DNA from: the human T2T-CHM13v2.0 reference genome, Homo sapiens
NCBI RefSeq assembly: GCF_009914755.1
Contig: NC_060926.1
Strand: one strand, 5' to 3'
DNA: 64,000 nt
In this document: positions 25,659-41,635 of the stretch, one piece after another
Layout of the letters: each line of letters starts with the position of its first letter
Numbering within the stretch: the first letter of the stretch is position 1
Made by a program: the position numbers and the translations under genes
The notes under the pieces: model-generated
Database searches by the model: none
What the model was told of the DNA's origin: nothing
Seen by the model: only the letters and a program-made list of their open reading frames with translations

Positions 25659-28379
25659 GAGATTAAGCTGTAAAACTTGACTAACATACATGATGAGACA
25701 GTTCATCTATTAAGATTTATTTTGAACTGAAGAGGCTTTGGGAACTAGCCTAGAAAATGTATATCTTATATAATTTTGTTTTTCCAAGAAAATGCAATTC
25801 TATTTTACAACAATTAAAAGAACTTTAAGAAAATACTTTTGGAATATTATCAGTTCCTACATTTGAAGTCTCTTTATATGTATATGTGTGTGTAGTCACA
25901 TCAAGTGGTATATATAATATGCTTTGTATTAGTTTGTAAGAGCTATTATCAAGTTCAGCTAGCCAACTGAAGAAATTGTGGTCAGCCTACAAAGAGTTGT
26001 CATGTGTATTAATAATGTAATCTGAATGACTGCAGAGTGATGAAATTATACTGTTAGTAGTTAATAAAGACAATAGAAAGTCTTCCATGAATGTGTATTC
26101 ATGACAGCATGAGAGAATAATTCTGTCTAGTTACACTTTGAAATCCTGGCATGTCATAGAAGCTTTGTTTGATTTGTTGCTGTTGCTTTCTTGACAGAAA
26201 TTCAATTTAGGGAGAAACTCTGAGACCAACGCATCTCTTACCTGTTTTGTGAAGCATGGCATTGAATACTGTCTTATACCTATTAGCAATCATGGCAAGA
26301 AGACATTAGTAACGATGACACACATGCATAGCATCACCTTCTTACTTTATTTAAAGTGTCATGCGATTGGGCCCCTTAGATAACTGTTTCAAACAGGTTT
26401 AGACAATTTTGCAGTTTAAACATACAGAGGCTACCAAAACCACTGACCATAAAATGTTGTTCTTTAGATCACATTTTTTAAAAAGTATCCTTGGTTATCT
26501 CCTCTTTTCAAAGGCTTCCTTTATCTTCATTTTGTTTTGATAATGGTAAGAGTTAATTCTAAATGTTTTTGCCATAAGCATGTGTGTTTGGGAATTCTTT
26601 GCTTTTTACTTACAGAACAGGCATCTAATTGAGCAAGTATGTCCCAAAAGATAGATATGTGTCTGGCAGTGCTTGCCCTTCACCTAAGTCCTTGTTCCAT
26701 TAGAGTGACTATTATTGACAGACAGCACCATCTTTGATTCTTCCTTGATGCTTCAAGACTCAGCAAGAGTCACCTAATTTTATTATTGCTGTTTACAATT
26801 TGTCCCTTGACAATTACATTTTTACAACTAAGACACATTGATGAAGATAACTTTCTGGCATTTATACTGCTTACCCTTTGATTTAATTCAATCCAAAATA
26901 CTTTTGTGAAACACCTACTTTGTGCCTGGCTGCAGGCAAGGTTGCTCTCTGTCTAGCAGGGGAGAAAAATAACTATATTATAGAAGAATAATGCAGACAT
27001 ATGTAAGATGTTAATGGAGTGTCTACTGTGGAAAAGATAAAAACTTTTGCTTTCATGGGAAGGGGCTAGATTGGGGTATTCAGGAAAACCCCTGTAAGGT
27101 AATATTTGATCTAGATTTTGAAAGATATATGTATTTTAATTACATATAGTAAGTACTGTATGTTCCCTGATGAAGTTCTATTTTTCAGGGAATGCTGCTG
27201 CACTTAGCGTCCTTGAGATCACACTTCTACTTTTGGATTAGTAGAAACATGAATGGAGGTAGCATTTTTTAAGGCACATATTCTTAAGTGGACACTTTAC
27301 AGATTATGATTATGACTCTCAGTATCCTCTTTCTTTAGCCATGGGCCAGGGAGCCAGGGTAACTTAAAACAATATAGGAAAATAATACATTAGAAGGCTG
27401 GAGAAAATTTAGGAGATTTTACTTGTTATCTGATGGCTAACACCAAGATCCAAGCTTTCTTCACTATGAAGATTTTATAAGCATATATTTATTAATCTCC
27501 CATCTTTCACCACCATGACACTCTGTTAAAAAATATTAAGAAGCTTTGTTTATGTTTAGGTCCAGTCTCTTTTGATATCCCAAACAGGCTAAAATCATAT
27601 ACTTCAGCATTTCAGCATATGTAACAATTATCCAAAATGACTACCATCGGTGATTCCAAGGTAACTGTGCATCAAGTTATCTCAGGGAAATTAATAAAAA
27701 CACAGAATTCTGAGCCTAACATTGGATGTTTCGCTGCAATAGGTCTGGGCTAGGAAAATATAATAAGGATTTTTAATATGTAATTTCGGTGAATCTGATT
27801 CAGTCATTTTATGAAATGGGGCCTGGAAGCCGTTAATCTAGATTTTATACACCTGCTAACGAAAATATACTTTTGAAAGTTCCAGTCTGTACTTGTGTTT
27901 TCAGGGGCTATAACTGGCCCCCAAGCAGAAGTATCCCAGAATGTAAAACTTATTGTAACCCAGTGTGAGGCATGGGGAGGAGGGAGATACAAATTAATAA
28001 AATTCATTTTGAGCACTCATAACCAGTTAGCCATTTTCGCCTTGAGCAACCCTGGCAGAAAATTATGGGAGAATAAATGTGAGTGTTTTGTATTCCTCTT
28101 ATTCAATTCCAATTCTCTTTTCATGTTTAACATCTGGATGATTAATAACTTATTAATATTCTGCAATAGGAAGCTCTCAATTTATCAGTGTTGAAAGCCT
28201 TACTGTCAAGCTGTCAGAATTGGCATCCCCAGTTGTAACAGAATTGTCTTTCCTATGAACTGTCTCATGTCACATTTTCTCTCTCTCCATATAGATAGAA
28301 AGATAGATAGATACATAGATAGATTTTTAATGACAATTTTTTTCACTATAAAACCTCCTCCTAGTCATGTAATTCCTTT

Positions 28380-29880
28380 CAAAGTCATTCAGACAAGAAG
28401 TCTGGAGGCTCTCCCTAACTCCTGATTTCCAGGGAACCCCCAATTCATCCATTCCACCTCCAGTCTTCCCTGTATCAGCAAATGACAACTCCTTGCACCT
28501 GGTGCTTTGGAGAAAATTCCAGGAGTCTTTCTTGATTCTTTTCTTTGATTTATACCACACCCTCAATTTCCACTACATGAAAGCCCTATTCATCCAGCTC
28601 TATAATGTAGCCTGAATTAATTCACTTCTCTTCCTTTCCTGTAACAAATCACTGCCATTGCCATTGCACCGTTGTCTACCTACAATCCATTATTTATGCA
28701 GTAACAAGAGGAGACTATATAAAAACTAAGTGGAATGGGGTCACTCCTTCAATAGTGATTCTCCAATAGGTTCAAATTGCTTTAAATAAGATGCAAAATC
28801 TTCACCTTACCTACTACGCCATCAATCTCTGACTTCTGCCCACCTCTTTAACTATATCTCTGGTTTCACATTCCCACAAGCCCATTTTGATCCAAACACA
28901 CAGGCCATAATTCTGTTCTTTGGACTTTGGGACTCATTCACTCTGGACCATTGCCATCCTTTCTCTGACACATTTTATCCTGGACTGCCTCCTCATTAAT
29001 AAAGTCTAAGTTCAAACATCAACCATCGTTCACTGATCAGCCTAACTGTGGTGCTACCATTCTATTCTCTCTCTCAATATATTACCCTATTTAAGTGTTT
29101 CATAGAACTTATTTTTTAATTGTATAGTGATTTAATCCAAGTTTTTCCCTCTAAAATATAAGATGTGTCTGTCTTATTACTATATTTCTAAATCTAGAGA
29201 AGTCCCTTATATACTGTAGGTATGCAATAAATATTAACTGAATAAATAAAATAATACATTTCAAGGCACGATAACTTGAATTATTTATTTTCATTTTTCC
29301 AATTTAAAAGTTCCTGAATTATGAGAGGACTTTAATATTTTTTAAGACTCACAATTATTCTAACAATTCTCCTTTTCCCAGTTGAATCTCACCACATTCC
29401 ATCTTCCACAGAGTTGCCAAAGTTAAATTTCTAAACCAATAAGGTGATGGACCTTTTACCATTCTCCAAATCCATAAGATAAAGTCAAAAGTCCTGAGCA
29501 ATGTCTAAAGGCTTTTTATAATTTATTCTCCATCTGTATTTTTAGCTTCATTTTCTGCCTCTTCCCTTTGTACTCTACTATCTAACCACATAAAACTTGA
29601 GTAGTCTCAGACATATCATGTTATGTTGTGATCCATGCCTTCGCCAGTACTAGTATATTATTCCTTTTGAAGTTCACTTCAAGTGTCAGTTCTCCCCTCT
29701 TCATTGAGAGTTAGCTGTTTTCACAAGTCTCTGTCTTAGTGTTTAATACAGCATATGGTAATTATTTATTTATATGCTGTGTTAGCCCTGATGGCTAACA
29801 TAGTGTGCTCAGCATATGTCCCATATGTGTAAATTGAATGAGTGATGGATGAATGGGTGGATGGGTGGATGGGTAGATGA
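28380..29880. mobile_element. L2 fragments
   Basis: Degenerate L2 3' sequences ending gtaggtatgcaataaatattaactgaataaat and ttgaatgagtgatggatgaat. Confidence 0.55.
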
Positions 29881-30159
29881 ATATATGAAAGATGTCTTCT
29901 ACTAATTCATAATCATCGGGTGAATAGGATCCTTTCCCATTCATCTGAGTGTTCCCTTGATACTGGGCTTTAAACATGGTAAAGACTTTATATTACTTAT
30001 TAAGGGAGTGGATAAAATAACTGTACTTATTTATCCACTGTACTGTAATAAAAGTACTTATTAAGAGAGTGGCTAAAGTAATGGTATTCACATACTTTTA
30101 CCTAAAGAAGCATTATCTTTGTCTTAAAAAGTTTTTTATTTCTGTGTGTTTTCCACCTG

Positions 30160-30350
30160 TGTTCTCTAACTGTGGAACTAGTAGCCACTAGTTATTCGAG
30201 GGTACTGAGCAATTGAAATGTTGCTAGTCCAAGCCAAAGTGTGCTGTAAGTATAAAATATATACATTTAGTAGAAAAAAAGATTGTAAATTAGCTAGGCA
30301 ATAACTTAACATGAATTATATATTGAAATGTTAATAATTTGGGTATATTG
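30160..30350 (-). mobile_element. MER33 (partial)
   Basis: gtagccactag...actgagcaattgaaatgttgctagtcc...gtgctgtaagtataaaata. Confidence 0.65.
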
Positions 30351-30362
30351 TCACATAGACAC

Positions 30363-30651
30363 TGTATTAGTTCATTTTCATGCTGCTGATAAAGACATAC
30401 CCAAGACTGGACAACTTACAAAAGAAAGAGGTTTGTTGGACTTACATTTCCATATGGCTGGGGAGGCCTCACAATCATGGAGGAAGGCAAGGAGGAGCAA
30501 GTCACATCTTATGCAGATGCTGGCAGGCAAAGAGAGAGCTCTTTCAGGGGAACTCCCATTTTTAAAACCATCAGATCTCGTGAGACTCATTCACTATCAT
30601 GAGAACAGCACAGTAAAGACCCTCCCTATAATTCAGTCACCTCCCTCTGGA
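30363..30651 (-). mobile_element. THE1B/C LTR, truncated
   Basis: tgtattagttcattttcatgctgctgataaagacatacccaagactgg...; stops at cctccctctgg before the LTR 5' end. Confidence 0.92.
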
Positions 30652-30816
30652 TTCCAAAAGATAATTTATTTTTAATTTTGGAATAGGTCCAAACTTTAGT
30701 ATCAGAAAAAAAATTCTCTAGTTTTCTTTGTTTAGACTTCAGCTTTATTTAAATGTTTTACTTTGCATTGTATTTTATTTACAGGCTCTGACATACATGT
30801 TTTGAAACAATTATGA

Positions 30817-31134
<318 letters not shown>

Positions 31135-31346
31135 CTAATTTTTATTATTTTTGTAGGAAAAATTTTGTTTTTGAAATCATATATATATAGAGAGAGAGAT
31201 ATATCTAGAGAGAAAGAGACAAATACACTTTTTTTTCTTTTAGTTGAAAGTTGTGGTTTTAAAAGAATCTGCTTACTTACAAATATTTACCTAGTAAACA
31301 TTCTAGGTTTGGAATCACAGTTATCTAGGGGTACAAGAGGAACGGG

Positions 31347-31645
31347 GGTCGGGCGCGGTGGCTCACGCCTGTAAACCTAGCACTTTGGGAGGCCAAAGCA
31401 GGTGGATCAGCTGAAGGCAGGAGTTCGAGACCAGCCTGACCAACTTAGGGAAACCCTGTCTCTACTAAAAATACAAAAACATTAGCCGGGTGTGGTGGTG
31501 GGTGCCTGTAATCCCAGCTACTCAGGAGGCTGAGGCAGGAGAATTGCTTGAACCTTGCAGTGAGCCGAGATTGCCCCACTGCATTCCAGCCTGGGTGACA
31601 GAGGGAGACTCTGTCTCAAAAAACAACAACAACAAAAAAAAAAAA
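31347..31645 (+). mobile_element. AluS with a short deletion in the right arm
   Basis: ggtcgggcgcggtggctcac...; cgggaggcggagg missing near 31555. Confidence 0.95.
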
Positions 31646-31719
31646 CAGGAAGGGGATTTGAGAGGTTAAGGAATAAGTCTAAGGTCAAGAACATGGTCGT
31701 TTCACCATGCATTTCACCG

Positions 31720-32470
31720 TGCAAATCAGCAATCAGGATTTATTTATCAAATTTGATCATCTTTCTCATCTCTGATATCATGCCCTGTTCTAGAGCTTTA
31801 CTACTTTTTACCATGATAATTTCAACAATCTCCTGTTATCCTTCTCTCCATTGTTGTCTGCATTAAATCCATGTTCCACACTGCTACCAGAGATGATTAA
31901 ATATTTATAATTTAAAACTATCACTTTCCTAAGTGAGAGCCTTTGTTAATCACTAACTATGACCCCATTAAATACAGGGATAAAGTCTAAATCCCTAGCT
32001 AAGGTGTACGTATCCCTGTGTAATTGAAATCTGGCTACCTCCAATGTCGTGTCTTGTTTGATGCCTCCCCTACCTCCTGCTACATGTTCTAACACCAATC
32101 TTGTCTTCCTCATTCTCATCTCCATAACCTGCTCTTCTCCACTTGCCTTTGCTGTCTCCTTTTGTTGCTCTCCTATTAATAATCTGTTGAATTATGTATC
32201 ATTTCCGTACCCAATTTTATTATGAATCTGTTTATTATAAATTACCCAACAAGACTGCTTGTTCTGTAAGGCAGAGATCTTGCCTTATTCTCTGTGGCTT
32301 GTTTTCCTCATCAGAAAAATGAGAATGACTCATTACTTACATTGTAGGAGGAGTGAGTTAATACATGTGCCTGGCAAATAATCAGTGGTCATTAAATGTT
32401 ATATCACTTAACATAATTATTGTAATTATCCATATTAATAGTAATTTGTTAAGCACTCAGTAATGTGTAT
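31720..32470. mobile_element. L2 and MIR fragments
   Basis: ttccacactgctaccagag (L2); ttttcctcatcagaaaaatgagaat (MIR). Confidence 0.5.
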
Positions 32471-33452
32471 ATAGTAAATAAAGATCAGGTGATTAATTAT
32501 ATTTAGGATCCCAGGAAAAAGGGACAGGGAAGAACTGAGTTGAATTAAGAAGGAAAAAATTCAAAAAGCAAGCTTGAGACCAGAAGTCTCTAACTGGAAC
32601 TACTGATTCCTCTGCCCTGGTCTAAACCTTTATCATTCAGTTAGCTTACATGCTAACTGTCTCCTGAGGAGTCATTTTTCATATATTCATTGCAAGTTCC
32701 CTCAGAGAGCATAGTATTAGATGATGTCGCATAGGACAAAGGCAACATATGTGGCTTTGGAATAGGACTTTTCAATGTACCCTCTTCAGCATTATCCTGA
32801 TTTACTTCCTGTAATTCTGCACTGCTAATTTGGCTCTTTTCTATTTCAATAATAAATACCTAGGGGATTTTTTTAAGCAACTAAGAAGGATGTTATCAAT
32901 TTTTCATAAGTTCCAGTTAGATCAAAGAGGAAATCTATCATGTAGTTGGTAAAAACAAAATTAACCAAAAGGTCATTCCAGAAAAAGCTGTAAAAAGAGC
33001 AAGAAAAATATCATATCACTTAATTGGTTATGATTTAAGTAATTAACTTGTTCTTTTTGTCTGGCACTAATGATATTCAGTAAGCATAATATATTGTTAT
33101 AAAACAGACCTAGTTCTTGTTTTTTTGAGTCATTATGAGAAAAGCAGAACTTAGAGTCAGAAAACTAATCTGCATATTGCATTTGTATACAAATAAATAT
33201 ATTTTACATAAAAATAAATGTAAAATCACTTCATACATATTGCTGCTAATATGTAATGTAGTGTGTGAAATCTAATATTAGGTAATAGTTACTGAGAATC
33301 TATTTTTTCCTATGTAATTGTCATAATGATCTGGAGCTCAGGTTGTTTCCTGGAGTCATGCAGTGGCAGAACCACAAAATTCAACAGAGATCTGTTTGAC
33401 CCTGGAATCTGATATCTGAAGCACTGCCTTGTCTTATTTTAATCACGTTTTG

Positions 33453-33502
<50 letters not shown>
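33453..33502. repeat. (TG)n microsatellite
   Basis: About 22 perfect TG units after cgtgtc. Confidence 0.98.
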
Positions 33503-33505
<3 letters not shown>

Positions 33506-34554
33506 CTAATTGAACTTTTATGCCTAGAACAGTGCTGGTCTAACATTAGATAAGGATCATATACTTTTATTACCTCAAATGCCCATAAGTATCATATTTT
33601 TATAATCACTTATCATACTTCAGCTACCCAATCTCTGAAAGTATATATATTTTAATCCTGTAGAATATTTTTATAATGAGATCCATGTCTGTATTACCTT
33701 CATTGAAGCACAAAGAAGTAGAAATTCTTTTTATTTCAATTAATTTTGTCTCTGTCCTGCTGCAAGAGATACCTACAATAATGGTATTTAAGGATTCAGT
33801 AAGTAGGTCTGTATTTCCCATTTACAATTTCTGTATGGCTTTATAAACATTGAAGACATCCCTTCTAAACTGCCCTAATTCCAGATCAAAGACTCATCTT
33901 CAGTGTTTTTGGTTAGAACAACAAAAACAGGAAGAATTATATTTTTCTTAAAAAAAAAGGTGTTTGTTAAAGTTCAGGGAAAAAAGAGAAAGAGTACCAA
34001 TAAATGAGAGCAAGTGATGTTTCCAACTAGATAAAATGAGAATATCCAAATCCTTCTTAAAAGCAAATTTAATTAAATCTGAGGATACAGTGGGGTTTTG
34101 TGGTGGTGGTCGTGGTTGACCTATTTTTAGGTCACAAATCTCAGTGGAGAATGTAATGAAAGCTAAGGATTTTTTCTTCCAAGCAAAATGCTTGCATGCA
34201 AATAAATACAAACTTTTTTCATGATATTTCAGGGAATAGGGCCCAAAGGATGGACCTTAGGTTAATAACTTCTGACTGAATCTATAAATTAGGATTCACT
34301 TTACTGAATTGAATTCAGTTTTCACTATCTCCTGCTAATGATTGTGTCTTCTAAAGCTATAACATGTTTTACTGCTTTACCACTTGATGTCTCCACCTAT
34401 CATTTACATAATGCTAATGCTATTTCATCTCTCTAACTCTGCTAGACATTTTTTTCATTAAAAGTTTTAGAAAACATCCAGACTTTTAAGAATTGTCCCA
34501 CATGCCTACTACGTTATTTGAACATTATCTCAGAGGAATTATTTCATGTTCCCT

Positions 34555-35288
34555 TTTTAAATTGTTAATTGACAAATTATCATGTATGTTTTTGTGAGGT
34601 AAATTGTGATCTTTGATATATGTACATATGTGGAATAATTAAATCAATCTAATTAACATATAAACCACCTAAATTACTTGTCATGTTTTGTGATAAGAAC
34701 ATTTCAAATTTAATCTCCTAGAAATTCTAAAATATACCTTATTTAACTATAGTCACCATGCTGTGCAACAGATCTCACAAAAACTATCCCTCCTGTCTAA
34801 TTGCAACTTTGTAGCATTTGTCTAACATGTCCCCTTTTCCACCACCTCTCAGCCTCTGGAAACCACTGTTCTCCTCTCTGAGTTTGAATGTTTTAGATTC
34901 CACTCATAAGTAAGATCATGTGGTATTTGTCTTTCTGTGGCTTGCTAATTTCACTAGCATAATGTCCTCCAGATTCATGTTGTCACAAATGACAGAATTA
35001 ATTTATTTTTTAGGTCTGAATAGTATTCCATTGTATATTTATACCACATTTTCCTTATCCACTCATCCATTGATGGACACTTTGTTCGATATCATATATT
35101 AACTGTTGTGAATAGTGATGCAGTGAATAAGGGAAAGAGATATCTCTTCAGCATGCTAATTTCGAATCTTTTGGATATATACCCAGAAGTGGGATTGCTG
35201 GATTATATGGTAGTTCTATATGTAGCTTTTGAGAAACCTTTATACAGTTTCTCATAATGGCTGTACTAATGTACATTCCCTCCAATGA
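34555..35288 (-). mobile_element. L1MA 3' end
   Basis: ttaactatagtcaccatgctgtgca...tttggatatatacccagaagtgggattgctgg...ggctgtactaatgtacattccc. Confidence 0.9.
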
Positions 35289-35946
35289 GAAAAATATGCC
35301 TTGAAGCCAGAAAGATCCTGACACAGTTAAGGAACTGAATGAAGGCCAATGTACCTACTCATATAAATTACTGGGAGAATGTCAGACAATGTGGTTTGAC
35401 AGAAAGGCATGGTCCATATTACACAAAACCTACAGGGTCCTATTTAAGAGTTGTATTTCATTTAAATATAATGTGGGACACTTAATGGTCTTACACTGGA
35501 GATTGATATGATCATAATTTAATTTTTAAAATACCATTTTGAAGGGGTTTGGAAAAATGGAATGGAACTGGCAAATATGGTGGCAGATAAACCATTTAGG
35601 AGATTGTTTTTCTAGTTCTGATAAGAGAATTATGGTGGTTTTAGCTAAGAAAGTATAGTGATGATAGATAAAAGAAGATGGAATCAAGATATATTTAGGG
35701 AGTAGATTTGATAGTTGGGAGGTGGACGCAATGTTAGAAATGACTCTTAGGTGTCTAGCTTAAATAATTTAATGAATGTATGTATTATTATTAGAGATGT
35801 TGAAAATACGAAGAGAGGCAGGATTGGTAGTTCAATTTTGGATATGTTAACTTTGAGATGCCTGTGAGACATTCAAGTGGATATATCTAATAGTTCAGAG
35901 TAGAAACTAGGGCTTTATATAGAAATGTGTGAGTTTTCAACATCTA

Positions 35947-36607
<661 letters not shown>

Positions 36608-37059
36608 TAAATGGCATTTAAAGTTATGGTCCTAGATAAGATATCCCAAGAAGTGAGTATGAAAGTGGAAAACAGAAATTCAATATTAGCCTTGAAGAGG
36701 TTTAAAGCATGGGTCAAGAAAGACAAAACAAAAAAGTAAACTAAGAAGAAATGAGGGTAGGTCATTTCCCACAGAGAAAGGGTAGGTCAAGAAGGCTGTG
36801 AGAAAGGAGTGGTAATCTGTGAGATATGTACCAAAGAAAAAACTAAAAATATTGTCCATTGAGTTTGGAAAATTGCATCTTTGGTGATACACTCTCCAAA
36901 GAAACTTTACTAGCATATTAAGTTGAGAAGCCAGATTGAATTGTGTTGGAAAGAGAATGAGAAGAAGTGGAGACAGGAAGTGTAGGCAACTTTTCAAGAA
37001 TCTTTGTTCTGAATGTGTACAAAATGTTTTGTGGCAGGGGTGCAGGGGGTAGGGGGTAG

Positions 37060-37599
<540 letters not shown>

Positions 37600-37926
37600 T
37601 AGAGAAATAATCTGGTGGAATAAAAGGAGGTTGCCAGTGAAGGTAATATAATCCCTTAATACAATGTTTTTTTTTTTCAGACTTGTGCATTTTTTTTCAC
37701 TTTGATACACACATTTTATTAATCTCAATGGTAGAAATAGAATAGGATCGATCTCAAAGTGTTATCTGGCCTTAAAATATACAGAAAATGTAACATTCAT
37801 TTGGGATGTGGAAATCAAAGGACTGAGTTAGTGTTTGAAGATCACTTTTAGAATTTGACTTAAAAAGGAAGAGTGGCTATATTTGCCTTAAAGATGAAGT
37901 ATGAACTTAGGAAAAAAGGAAGTCAG

Positions 37927-38212
37927 GTTTTTGTTCATTTGTCCATTTGTTTTTGAGAAGGTTCTGGCTCTGTCACCCAGGCTGGAGTGTAGTGGCACAA
38001 GCTCAGCTCACTGCAACCTCCACCCCCAACCTCAGCCTCAGTGGCTGGACTACTGGTGCATGCCACAACACCCCGCTAATTTTTGTATCTTTTGTAGATA
38101 TGGGGTTTTGCCATGTTGCCCAGGCTGGTCTTGAACTCCTGGGCTCAAGCAGTATGCTTGCCCCAGCCTCCCAAATTGCTGGGATTACAAGTATGAGCCA
38201 CTCTGCCCAGCC
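37927..38212 (-). mobile_element. AluJ
   Basis: ctcctgggctcaagc diagnostic; diverged. Confidence 0.9.
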
Positions 38213-39300
38213 CAGTTTTCTTTATATTGAAGTTAAGGTGGTCAAATGACTTTGAATTTGAAAGTAAATGTTGCAGACAGACTAATGGAAAGCAGATTGT
38301 ACATATGAATTTATAAACCATATTTATGAAGTCAGTTCCAAGTTAATATAACAGATATCTGGAAGATAGCAGATTAGAAAATAAAAAGGACTAGATGGGT
38401 ATGAAGAATGAGTAAGAGAGACAGAAGAGAATCCTGCTTAGAGAGTGAAAAAAAAAAAACGGAATAGACACAGGCAGACAATATGATTTTGGATGTGTAT
38501 ATCACAAGAGGAGATGGTGGCTGAAACTAAAGCTTGGAAGCCATTTTTCTGAAAGAAGGGAGTGGGAAATCATGTTTTTATAACAAGATAGATAATGCTT
38601 CAATAACAGGATTGATGAGACGAATAAATATTTATTCATTATTGTTAATTTTGTATTTACCTAAAATCAATTCTCATGTTAGAATTTATTCATAATTATC
38701 TGATAAGAGTTAGAGTAATAGTCATTCTCACGTACTTCTCTTCATCTGTTCTGCTCCTCAGTATTTTTCTTCTTAACTACACAAACTTTTCATTGTATTC
38801 TCATTTAAACAATTTTGACATCAACTTTTCCAGATCTCTTTCTGAGGTCCACCTGCCTACTAGAATATTCCACTAACGTCATTATATAACTCACCAATGA
38901 TGTAATGAATTATTGATAAATTATCATAATTGATGATAATTGATAAATTTCACTTGTGAATCCACTGTAAGATCCTTTCTCAGTGACTAACTCTACCATT
39001 GTCTGCTCACTAACACGAGGCACCAATAGTCAATCCTTTCCTCTTTCTGACAACCAATAACCAATCCTTCATCAAATGCTGTCCAGTCTTCCTCTTTGTT
39101 CTAAGCTTGTATTGAATCCAAATGGATTTTCCATCTCCTTGGTTTCCACCCTCATTTATTACATGTTATATTAAAACATTCTACCTAGTGATCCACCTTT
39201 GCTTGTTGTACTATTGTTGTATTTGCCTCTCATTCTCATTCCCTTCTTATTTAAACAACATCATTCCAGTTCATAATTAGGGGAACCAGCCTTTCCCTAT

Positions 39301-39666
39301 TGATATGGTTTGGCTCTGGGTCGCCATCCAAATCTCACCTTGATTGTAATAATCCCCACGTGTTAAGGGTGGGATCAGGTGGAGATAATTGAATCATGGA
39401 GGTGGTTTTTCCCCTGATGTTCTCATGATAGTGAGTGAGTTCTCATGAGATCTGATGGTTTTATAAGGCTCTTCCCCCTTCACTCAGCACTTCTTCTTCC
39501 TGCCGCCATGTGTGAAGAAGGACATGTTTGCTTCTCCTTCTGCCATAATTGTAAGTTTCCCAAGACCTCCTCAGCCCTGTGGAACTGAGTAAATTAAACC
39601 TCTTGCCTTTATAAATTACTCGGTCTCAGGCAGTTATTTATAGCAGTGTGAGAACAGACTAATACA
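39301..39666 (+). mobile_element. THE1C/D solo LTR
   Basis: tgatatggtttggctctg ... agaacagactaataca; exact 5-bp TSD cctat. Confidence 0.95.
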
Positions 39667-39699
39667 CCTATTATCAGTGTGTGTAATTGGAGTGGACTT

Positions 39700-40110
39700 G
39701 TGCTGGCTGTACCCTTAAGAGCAGTCTGTTTCCCTAGCACAATGCTGGATTCACAGATGACATGAATAAGATGATCTATGACAGCACTCACTCAAACTTT
39801 GATTTTGGCTGTTGGGGAAAACAATATTTTTCAGAGGTATTGCTGAGCTGTGTAGTATATGTAAGCCAAAAGTTTCTGGTGGTTAATTCTGCAACCATAT
39901 TTGAAGAGAAAAGTCAACATAGAAGAAAATCAAACCTAGATGAGAAGACAGGCACTTGACAGCATTGTTTGCACACATGGATCCAGCTGTGTACAGAGCT
40001 CTCACTCTCCCTTGACTTTGGAAGTTATATGCGCCAATAATTTCCCCTTTTATGCCTGAACTAATTTGAACTGAATCTCTGTCATATGTAGCCAAAATTT
40101 TTAATATACC
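39700..40110 (+). mobile_element. MLT1 (old MaLR) remnant
   Basis: tggatccagctgtg...ccaataatttcccctttt...tttgaactgaatctctgtca. Confidence 0.55.
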
Positions 40111-40630
40111 ACTTCTATATGTTGACCTTCCAATCTAGTTTTTACTGCCACCAGACAAATATTTCTAACATAGAAACCTGGTTATCAAACCCCTCTTGCT
40201 TTATTTGCATAATAGAGCCCTTGGGATAAACACAGTGCCTCACTGTGACCTGACAGATACCTTCATGATCTAACCTTTGACCTACCTTTCCAACTTTGTC
40301 TCTTGGCACTCTCCCTCCACCACATTTGTCCACTCATTCTTCTAAGTATTCTTATATTTAATTTGCTCTGCCTGAAATGTCTTTCTTTTCCAGCCAATAG
40401 GTAGTAACTATTTGCTCTCCTTTACTCATCAGGTTTTATGTTTAAAACCCTTCTTCGTATCCGGTAGCTCTTGGTACATTCCTTTATGAGACCCCATAGG
40501 ATTTATTTCTCTTTCTTTCATTTAAACTTCCATAAAGAGAAGAATTTTTTTTCTGAATCTCCAGCTCTTACCAGATCATTTGGTCTATTAATAAATGTTT
40601 ACTTAATGAATGCTTGGAGGAGCAAATGAA
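40110..40630. mobile_element. L2 fragment
   Basis: ctgccaccagacaaatatttctaa...ataaatgtttacttaatgaatg. Confidence 0.5.
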
Positions 40631-41635
40631 TAACAATCTTTAAAAGGCTAAAATAATAAATTTACAGTGCCTTTTCAATGGGAGCAGGTTAGAATATTTT
40701 GCTGTGCTTCAGAAGCCTTGCTCATTTAACCTTAGGCATCAGAGTCTCAAGTTTTAGGGAAAACGAACTCTTATACATTTTGTAGTTAGAATAAATTTTA
40801 AAATATTTATATGAAAAAAGATTATATTTTAGAAATATAAAACAAATTAAATAATAATTATTTTACATTTGATATTTTCTTTACCATTTGTTAACTTACA
40901 TTACAGTGAATGTAGGCATCTTTCTTACATATTTTATTTTTGATATATACACACATATCCTTTTGAGCTTCCTGTACAACACATCTTATGTGTAGTAATG
41001 TCTAAAATATTAATGCTTTATTTAGGTTTGAAAACTCCCCAGGAAGATTTGACATTTAAGATTAGATTCAGAGTGTATTATCATGAACATTGACAGCTGA
41101 GAGTGTGACTGAAGGGTCTTTGTCCTTACAAACTAAAAGCCTATTTATAGTGCTTAATGAAACACTAGAAAGCCATTTTCCTTACATGTTTCTATATACA
41201 TCATTCTCTACAAAAACTTGATTGGTTGTGAGTATTTTTATTTAACAAAATTTAAGACGTTGGTGAAGATGTAGTTGTTTTATAGATCCCATTTTCTCAA
41301 TACGAAGCAAATTTCTTGTTAATTTTTTATTGATTATAACAAATTATGAATGTGAAATGTACATGGCTTGCACTCGAAAAATGCTTCAGATATTGCCCAT
41401 CTTTTTATTAAAATGAGATTAAATCAAGATGGTCTAAAATATTATAAGTTTACTTTTCTTTGTTCTTAATTTAAGACAAGTTAGAACTTTCAAATGAACC
41501 ACTTTACATAGATTTATATTCATGCCCATCTGTCTGCATATAATAATTAAGAAAAAATATTAAAATGATTCATTTTCCCTACTTTAAAATTATTTTAAAA
41601 GGCAAACACTTCATTTACTTTCATTTCTCTCTCTC

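Noticed and set aside
33181-33226. 14-bp palindrome atttgtatacaaat and an adjacent 9-bp hairpin
   Set aside because: Almost pure A/T, expected by chance at this composition
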